From Vannella sp. (lineage: Eukaryota): a stretch of 35,032 bases of DNA. The stretch's first letter is position 1. Each line of letters begins with the position of its first letter. A program made the translations under genes and the position numbers. Below the pieces are notes generated by a model. That model saw only the letters and a program-made list of their open reading frames with translations, was not told the origin of the DNA and did not search any database. Where the stretch lies: NCBI GenBank assembly GCA_023345925.1, contig JAJQQN010001015.1:1-35032 (forward strand). The letters run 5' to 3'. Below are positions 26,687-35,032 of the stretch, one piece after another.

Positions 26687-28146
26687 ATGCCAGAGGCGGC
26701 GGCCTTGAAGGTGGCGGTCTCCTCCTTTGAGGGATGGTATCATCATCAGCTGGCGCGTAAGTTCTATCGTGAGATGGACCGGGTGGGTACGGCTATGCGG
26801 CCTTTGCTGCTGTTCTATTCGCAGTTGAGCCGGCTTTGTAGTGACTTTGCGGATGTGCTGCGAGGGGACTTGCTCTCTTTACAACCAGCTTTGGACTCTA
26901 TTCTTCACTTGATTGGTTCGCTGACGGGCTCTCTGCCCGAGTGTATGGACTACTACTTCCTGAAAGGCTTCTGCCGTGCCTCAGCGGAGTGCATCTCCAA
27001 TATCTGCACCCACTTGCACGCTTTCTCTCATCCTGAGGACACTATCAGCGAGTATGAGGTCCAAGGTCAGTCTCCTTCCCCTTCCTCTCCATTAGTGAGT
27101 GCAATTGGCTCACTATGGAGTGCAGAGATCCTCCTTCCTCGCATCAAACAGATCAGTACTCTCTTAAGGAACCATCCTATCCTTCTCCAGGCTTTCGAAA
27201 GAGATCTGGTGCATTCCTCAGCATCACTGAAACACATTGGGCGACTGAAGACAGTAAGAGACTCAGGGAAGGTAGAGATGGCTCGTCCTACTGACTGATG
27301 GCGCCGTCTGGCAGCTGTTTGTAGAGGACTTGGAGATTCTAACGGAGCAACTCAAAGCTATCCAAGAGTCGAAAGGGCGCGTGGATGATTTCCAGGCACT
27401 CTCTTGCCGCTATCAGCAACTGCAAGAGGAGTATGACCTTTTATCAGCTGATGAAGAGATAAAGAGGAGATGGAACCTCCTCAAACAGATTGAGCGTTGC
27501 GAGTTTCACTTAAACGCGCTAACAGAGCCTCTTTTTCGCGGCTGCCAACAGCTTAAGAGCCGGTAAGAGCTGTTTGTTGTAAGTCCAATAGATCTGTCTA
27601 GTCTCATTCTCTCAAAGGAAGCGAACTGTCAAGGAAGACACTATTCTCTTAGCAAAGGATTACCACGTGATTCATGAGTTCTCTAATGTTATGCAACGCT
27701 CATTGCTTTACCCTTACATCAGACAAGTCTCCTCGTTGGAGGAGTTTCAGCATTTCCTCGAGCTTCTGTGCCAACCTATCGTTCAGGAGCAACTCTCTCT
27801 CTCCCGAAAGACTCTTTTGATGATTGAGGAATTACAACGCAATTGGGACATGGCTCAGTGGGGCGCGCTCTTCCAAAAATGGGGACAGCTCTTGACGGAG
27901 CTGGAGAAGCTTGAGAGCGATCCCGTTGTTGCAACGCGGATTGCCCGGTTGGAGACTATTCGCGTCGAGTACGAAGAAGTCCGCCAATCGTACCTTATCG
28001 CGTATTCTCTTTATCAAGAGGACGCTGAGAATTACAACTTCTTCCTCGAGAACTGGTCCAATTTCTGCTCCCGCGCTGTCTCACAATGCAAAGAGGAATT
28101 CAATGTTTTGGCGGAAATAACCTTCGAAGGGATTCCCACTGATTAA
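26687..28146 (+). CDS. Hypothetical alpha-helical/coiled-coil protein
   Basis: Three ORF pieces join in frame through GT-AG introns; TCATTTT lies upstream of the ATG. No recognised domain. Confidence 0.7.
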
Positions 28147-28305
28147 ACCACTCCACTGCCTCCCAGCTATCCATCTTCGTATTCTACAAGATTACCAAAG
28201 TCACTGACTTGAAGCTGTCTCAAGTGACATCTCAAAGTCGGTTGAGTGGCGCAACTTGCTGCTCGACCTGAAGTCTTCCTGCTTTGTTAACTGAGATATG
28301 GACAG

Positions 28306-29979
28306 TTAAAATGTGGGTTTATGGTGACCGTGTGGTCGCGAGATTCTGCGGAGAAGTCCAGAAGTCGGCTTGTAACCTTGAGCCTGCATCTCTTCGAGGA
28401 GAGAGGCGGCTGTGGAAGACATTCTTAATCGATGATAACCGAGGATGAGAGTTTGATACATTTGGAAGTCCAATGGGACGCAGAGGCGCTTCATGTGAGC
28501 CAACATTCTCTCCACAACAAGTTTTTGTTTTGCCAAAATGGCGTGCTGAACGACAGGATGAAAGGTAATGTGATCAGCAGGAATCTGCCGTTGTTCCATC
28601 TCTTTCAGTGCCATTTCCACTTGTTGGAACTGATGCAAAGTGGCAAAAGAGGAAATAATTGTGTTGAAAGTGGAAGTGTCTGGAGCAATGTTGTTCTTTG
28701 GAAACGCAGATTGCAGAAGTTCCATTGCTTCCTGCATATTTCCTTCATCACAGATACCCTTTAAAAGGGTATTCAATGAGATGACATCCAGTCCTGATGT
28801 TCCGGAGAGCACAGTAATCAATCTCTTCGCTAAAGGGACGTTCTGGGACTTGCATAGCCGCTGAAGTAGGACGTTGATTTCGATAACGCTCGGAAAGGAG
28901 TTTGTGCTGTGCAGGAGCTCAATAGCTTCCACAGCTTTCTCAAACTCTCCCATTTTCCCCAGCGAATTCACCACCAATGTTGCTGAGATCTCACTTAGAG
29001 ATAGCTTGGTATTAGAACACTCCTTTAAGGCTGCTATCACCAACTCAGAGTCCCTAGAGAGACAGTACAGCTCGAGAATAGTCTCGAATGCCATCACATC
29101 CAACTGCATTCCCTTCGATCGGAGCACATGGACAGCCTCTCTAGCATAAGAGTACCTTCTGGGTTGGTTAGATCGGATGAATCCTTTCACAACGGCTGTC
29201 AGGAACTGAGAATCCGCGCGGACATCCGCTGATAACAGAGAATGAACCGTCTGGAGAGCTGCTTTGAGATTGTTCTGCTGGAAGAATGCTTTGGTGAGTA
29301 GGGAGAACGTAGCAGTACTCGGTTCTACTCCGTTACGTGACATCTGCTCGAAGACATCGTTAATTTGATCGTGTTGTCCTCGTGTGATCATGTTGTTGAT
29401 CAGGGTGTTGTATGTTACAATGGTTGGCACTATTCCTCGCTCTTTCATCTGCTGTTGGAGGCTATCCACTCGGTGCTGATCGCCTAACTCTGTCGCCATT
29501 CGGAGGAGAGTGGAGAAAGTGATCACATCTGGCTCTATTCCCTCTTGCATCATCTGCTGAAGATAGCTATCAACAAGGCTGACTTCTAAGCCTCTACAGA
29601 GACCGCTAAGAAGGGTGTTGTACGAGAAGATATCGGGACGAAGGCCCTCTTCCTTCATTCGTCGGAAGGCGCCTTCGATCAGAGCTGGATCAGATACATG
29701 AGCACGCAGGAGGTAGTTGTACATCCTAAGAGGAGGGTGTGCGCCGCATTCCTGAAGCCTAGTGACCAAAGAAGAGATCAAAGCAGCTCCTTTCCCTTCT
29801 GGCAGCTTCTTCACCAACTGCAAGCTCTCTTTGACCATCTGCTGCTCTTCCTCCTTCTTCAGCGGACGCATCCGACTCACAAAGCTGTTCAAAGCGCTCT
29901 CTGCAGGGCAACTGGACCCTTGAACGGCCGAGAACGCCCTCCAACACCTCCACCAGGCCCCCATCCCACCCACAGCCAT
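28306..29979 (-). CDS. P-class pentatricopeptide repeat (PPR) protein, probably mitochondrial
   Basis: Many 35-aa repeats (PDIFSYNTLLSGLCR, PDVITFSTLL, PTIVTYNTLIN, DVISLNTLLKGIC, PDTSTFNTII); intronless. Start set at the ATG that avoids overlap with TMEM184 (alternative 29964). Confidence 0.92.
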   Translation of the reverse strand: MAVGGMGAWWRCWRAFSAVQGSSCPAESALNSFVSRMRPLKKEEEQQMVKESLQLVKKLPEGKGAALISSLVTRLQECGAHPPLRMYNYLLRAHVSDPALIEGAFRRMKEEGLRPDIFSYNTLLSGLCRGLEVSLVDSYLQQMMQEGIEPDVITFSTLLRMATELGDQHRVDSLQQQMKERGIVPTIVTYNTLINNMITRGQHDQINDVFEQMSRNGVEPSTATFSLLTKAFFQQNNLKAALQTVHSLLSADVRADSQFLTAVVKGFIRSNQPRRYSYAREAVHVLRSKGMQLDVMAFETILELYCLSRDSELVIAALKECSNTKLSLSEISATLVVNSLGKMGEFEKAVEAIELLHSTNSFPSVIEINVLLQRLCKSQNVPLAKRLITVLSGTSGLDVISLNTLLKGICDEGNMQEAMELLQSAFPKNNIAPDTSTFNTIISSFATLHQFQQVEMALKEMEQRQIPADHITFHPVVQHAILAKQKLVVERMLAHMKRLCVPLDFQMYQTLILGYHRLRMSSTAASLLEEMQAQGYKPTSGLLRRISRPHGHHKPTF

Positions 29980-30037
29980 GACTAGATAACTAGTCTCTGC
30001 CTTGCGGTAGTACCATTCCTTGGTGGCGGTCTGGACC

Positions 30038-31402
30038 ATGACGGAGACGGACTTGTACCGGATGACTTGGATGGGGTGTGGGGGAGTGGCTTTAGCGGCT
30101 TGTTGCATCTCCATGCACTTGATCTATCTTCATCTACGGCATTACACCAATCCAGGGCTGCAGCGGTACATCGTACGCATCTTGTGGATGATCCCTGTAG
30201 GTGATGGAGCTCCCTTTGCGACTGGGTTGGGCTGGTGCTGATGGTGAGAGTTAGATCTACTCTCTTGACTCGTTCCTTTCGCTAAGGTACTATGAGAGCG
30301 CCCTCTACTTCGACCTGTTACGAGATTGGTACGTCGCCAACCTTTCGGGACGCGGGGTGGCTGAGAGAGGCGTAGCTACGAGGCTTACGGGCTGTATTGC
30401 TTTTTCTCGTTACTTGTTGCATACCTGGACGGTATAGAGTCACTTGAAGAGCTGCTGGAGGCGAAGCAACCGGTAGCCCACCCTTTCCCTCTTTGTTTCC
30501 TCCCAAAGTTCCTTCCAGGGAGGTGAGTGGCTCTTCTGGCATAGTCAGACTATGAATCCTTCTCTCTTCTTACCAGGTAGCGCACAGGAGCTTCTTGCTG
30601 TGGTGCAGGCGAGGAATACTGCAGTTTGTCTTCGTCAAACCAATCCTTTCCGTGATTGCTTTGTTCTTGGAGATGAATGGCTTGTATGGCGACGGTGCCT
30701 TTCATTTAGACCGTGGCTACCTTTACATTACCACAGTGAACAACATCTCCATCTCCGTAAGAAGCAAGAATCCTTCCACGGAATGTCTGACTGGGGCTGG
30801 AAGGTGTCTTTGTATTATCTTGTTCTCTTCTATTTGGCAACCGAGGACCACTTAGCGCCCTTCAAGCCGCTTCCCAAGTTCCTTTGTATCAAGTCGATCA
30901 TCTTCTTCTCCTTCTGGTAGGGCGGACGGACCGGGCCTCGAAGAGACTTCTCGAGATCTTACCAAACGGGCGGGCAGGCAGGGGATCGCCATCATTGCAT
31001 TGGTGAGGATGCATCTGATTGTGCCTCTTGGCACTTTTACAGCGGGCAACATCGCCCTTTTCGCCCACAACTTTCTCATCTGTTTCGAAATGCTATTCCT
31101 GGCCATTGTTCATCAGTGAGACTCCATCAAGCGGTGGGCGCGACTGAATACTGACAAACTGTAGTCACGTATTCAGTTACCTTCCATTCGTTAAGGCAAA
31201 CCCTTCTATTCCTCGGTCTCTCCCCACCAGGGAGAGTCCGAGTCCCTCCGATAGCCCCAAGAAGGAGGAGAGCCGGCAAGAAAGCCCGCGGAGAATGTCT
31301 GTTCTTCAGAACTTACAAGATGTTGCGAATGTCTCTGATGTCTTAGAAGATGCGCGGGAAGCTTTCCACAGTGTCCGACCGAGTCACCCTAAAAACACGT
31401 GA
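30038..31402 (+). CDS. TMEM184 / OST-alpha family membrane protein
   Basis: [66 protein letters not shown] and NFLICFEM. Six GT-AG introns. Confidence 0.93.
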
Positions 31403-31416
31403 ACTTTGGGATAGCT

Positions 31417-34400
31417 TCATTGGTAGGGAGGATGGTAGGGAGCGTAAGGGTTGTAAGAGAAGGGAGGAGGCGGGTAAGGGTTAGGCGGCTGGCTGTACAT
31501 TTGGTTGGGAGTTGGCCCATACCCACTCGGAGGGGGCCAAACAGTGGATGGTCCATTGACATACGGGGCTACCGAAAAGGCCATTTGAGGGTGGCCATGG
31601 AAAGGAGGATTAGGAGGGGCAGTCGAATATGAATAGTGGTTTGGATGCGAATAAGGAGTGGGAGCGGGAGGATGGGAGAAGGAGGGAGGAGCCGGATGGG
31701 AATAGACATTTGGATCAATGATCTGATAAAGGACGGGTGCAGGAGTATAAAGGGGAACTCCATCAACACTTGAGAGAAACGGAGTTCCATGAAAGTGATG
31801 AGGTGCGCTGGCCTGTGATTGGAGATAATACAAGTTATCTGCAGGACGTAATGCTTCTGGAGAAGGTGGAGACCATTGACCTGTTCCACGGCGGGAATGG
31901 AAGTTTCCCTGAGAGGCAGGGTCCAATAAAGATGGATCTTGTTGACGCAAAAAGCTGTTTGACTGGCTTCCGGATTGCGAGTGCCTCGGTCCATTACTTT
32001 GAGAGTGTTTTTCAGGATTCTTCGATTGAGTCTCTGGATTTTTTGTCAATCCTATGTGGACTACCAACCTAGCGGACTCTAATTCCTTTTTTGTGTGAGC
32101 ATACTGGCAATCTCTCCGTGGGCAAGCGTGCGCTTGCTGGGTAAAATCACAAAATCGCGTCTTAAAATCTGCGCCAACTGTTACAAAGTATTCAAGGTTC
32201 GATCGAATCTCGAATCTCCGTACCATGAGAGAAAGCGCACTCGGTCTTGTTCGGACACATTCGATGTTCGACAGTGTGGGGGCAAATAACATCCAAATCC
32301 AAGTCACTTTTCTGATGCTTGAATGAGCATTGCTCTCCCTTTACCAATTAGTTAGCAAAGCTTATCGAATCTCTTAACGACTCACTTTTGTGCACCGCCC
32401 AACTTGGAAGAAGGCACAGAGAGTAACTTTACAATCATCTTGGGTTTTTGGCTAATTCACAGTTTGAGTGACAAGCTCCCCTTCATCAGCGAATCTGCTT
32501 CACTTACTTCCAGCTTTTGCATTTTTAAAGGACGCTGCAATGGTGGTGCTCCTGAGCGCTTCTTCCCGATTGCAGAACCATCCCCTGATTGGCTTGGGTT
32601 TCGAGCAACCTTCTTTCCACTTTTACGTGTCGACCCAGTTTGCTTTACCTCAGTCCCATCGGATGAAAGGTCCTTCGGTAAAGGAGATTGCTCTTGTTGA
32701 GACTGTTCTGCTACTCTTTTGACATTATGAGCCCACAATCCACTCTGGAGATTGTGCGGGTCCAGGAGAATTTCGATCACATTTTCCTGCTCGCTTCAAC
32801 ATTTAAAGTGCACACCAGGTCAAAGAAACTTACCTTAAGAACCACATTAAGTTTCTGTAGCTCCTGAAATTGCTGCCTCAGAGAAGAATGATCCAAATTG
32901 GTATTTGCGGTGAATTGTTCCTACGTTTCATCAGAGATGTTTGTACAACTCAGTGGAGGTTGTACTTTGTAGAGATTAATCAAGTTGCGAAGATTGTCGA
33001 GAAATGGAACATCTTCTAAAAGATCAGGCTGACTCAAGAGAAGGATCACAGACTCGAGAACAGATGCAGAGTAGCGGCTACAGAGATCATACAAACGAGC
33101 CGGATCCCTGGCTATGGCAGATCGATCTGCAAACTTCTTATGCTCACTTCGAACGACCTGTTCTTCACCTTCATCTCCTTCTGTATCAAGCGTTTCTTCA
33201 GAAGTGCCTTGAGTGGCAGAACTAACGTTTTCAAAGAAATTGGGAGCAAGAAAGCTCCCTCCATCTTTCAAAGATCCCCGAGAGGAGGTTCCTCGCCGGT
33301 TTTTTGAACCTAAGCGGGCCTTTGTCTCCATCCGATCAAGTTCTTCGGAAGAAATCTGTTCCTTTGTACTTGAACAAACCACGTGCGCGCAATCTTGCAG
33401 GACGGGAGTGTACATGTTGGACACAAATTTGCACCAAGTTTTCAGGTGATTTCGAAGAGCCGCCTCTGATGCCTCTGAGATTCTAGAGGCTGGAGCTATC
33501 TGTTTCAATAAGAGCTCTTTGACTCTGATTTGCATCGAGACGTGAATAAGCGCCATGTTTGCTAAGGCGTAAGTGGCTGGCTCCGAGATAAGAACATTCT
33601 CGTATGAGCTCAACTGAAAGAGAAGAGTTTGGATTGGTTTCAAGTATGGATCACTCCCTTCCATGTAATATGCAGCCTTCCCCAAATTCAACATGATGCT
33701 AGCCTTCACCATGCTGGCCACTTTTGGACTGGTGAGTGCCTCTGCAAAGATTGGCGACAAACGAGGCCACCATGTGGGTAAATCAGACCTAACCAACAAA
33801 CCAAACCCTTGCATGACCCCGTATTGGACTAAGAAGAAGTCATCACGCTGAGCGCTAATAGAAATGGTTCAGAACAAGCTGTGGGCAAGTAGTCAATATA
33901 CCTGTCGGCGCTCTGATCTGCATAAAACAGGTCACATCCAATACTAAAGCACTTTTGCTCAAAAACCTCGTCCCTTTCCACATCTGAGAAGTTTAGCTGA
34001 TGACCAGCTAGAGTGATTCAACATACCCCCAGCAACACATGCAGCATGGCACATCCCCTTGATGGCAGCCCATCTCATCCGGAAGGACACAGAAACAGCC
34101 GCCTATTGTTGTAAGGATGAGATAGAAAAGGGAATGCAAGGTCTCACCTTCGCCCAGACAGGGAACGCTCGGCGGCGGAGCTTAGCAGATGTCTGAGCCA
34201 TCCGACCCAGGCCAATGAGTACACCCCATTTCACCTCCTGCTTGACTTGAGGGTCACAGTAATTCTCAAAGAAGATGGGGACCAGCTTCTCATGCAGCGC
34301 AGGGAACTTCCTCCCTTCAGAATGTGAGCCCGCGAAGAGCAACTCAAAGGTAGCCATACCAATACGGCTGAGGGCACAGAAGGCCGCCTTACGGACATAC

Positions 34401-34912
34401 TGAGAGTTCTCATTGTCCTTATCGACCATCTTCAGGGCAGGAAGGAGAGTGAGTGAGAAGGCAGCATGCTCCATAAGCACTTCACTGACCTTAACCAAGA
34501 GCTCAACACAAGGAACGACAAGACTTTCGTCCGAAGTGGCCAAGTGCCCGATATCGCGAACAGCAAATCGACGGGGATGGGACCTGGACTTGAACTCAGA
34601 TCGGGGGATGGCAGCAGGATGGTACGGGCTTACCGATACACTTGAGGGCTATTGATCACTTGTAGAACCTTAAGCATCACTACTGGACAGAGTTTGGGCC
34701 TCCCCTTGCCCAGGTGGACCAATCCTTGGATCGCTTGTCGAACAATCCTTCCCACGCCTGTCAGAAGACTCCATGAGGAGCACGAGAACCCATTCAACCC
34801 ACCTGTAATCCTCAGGTGGATTGTCAATCAAGTAGAAGCAAACCCGAATCGCCTCATCAACCTCCTGCCCATACGACGGAGCCACCGGGGAAGCGTACTC
34901 CTCCAGAGACAT
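31417..34912 (-). CDS. HEAT/ARM-repeat protein with three tandem CCCH zinc fingers and a Pro/Tyr/Ser-rich tail
   Basis: About 10 GT-AG introns join the ORF pieces in frame. HEAT-like YVRKAAFCALSRIG, VKWGVLIGLGRM and ATYALANMA. Fingers: CAFFQVGRCTKGEQCSFKH, CPHTVEHRMCPNKTECAFSH, CDFTQQAHACPRRDCQYAH. Confidence 0.78.
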
Positions 34913-35032
34913 TCTCAAAATGATTAACTTTGATTCATCGGCAAGACAAACGAACGCGGCATCCGAAAACCTGGTTTGGACCGAAAGAGGAAACAAAAAA
35001 TATAATTGAAAAATTTCGAAAATTTTCGAGGA

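Noticed and set aside
29980..30114. Longer 602-aa PPR start
   Set aside because: It would overlap TMEM184 exon 1 antisense; a downstream ATG gives a presequence-like N-terminus.

Overview
This is gene-dense eukaryotic (protist-like) nuclear DNA. The first ~2.3 kb is non-genic and holds a decayed Ty1/copia relic. It is followed by about 18 tightly packed protein genes broken by short (mostly 42-70 nt) spliceosomal introns, so the ORF track fragments them. Manual splicing gives: atypical dual-specificity phosphatase, class I PI3K, a CDK9/12-like kinase, a divergent Sec23, a CDK10/11-like kinase, Rab5, a PH+LRR protein, proteasome alpha-3, RPL8, an RNA-ligase-like protein, Enhancer of polycomb, POT1, a PX-like protein, DDX51/Dbp6, an orphan, a PPR protein, TMEM184 and a HEAT+3xCCCH protein. 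Class I PI3K, a minor intron and the compact layout suggest an amoebozoan-like host (inference only). Highlights: (1) a clear U12-type AT-AC intron in Rab5, implying a minor spliceosome; (2) a stand-alone protein carrying all Trl1/T4 Rnl1-type RNA ligase motifs; (3) a YCATTY initiator-like motif just upstream of most start codons, replaced by a TOP/TCT-like tract at RPL8; (4) an unusual HEAT-CCCH-low-complexity gene; (5) a GC-AG intron and a 1-nt frameshift in the CDK9/12-like gene. All gene models were spliced by eye, without RNA data.
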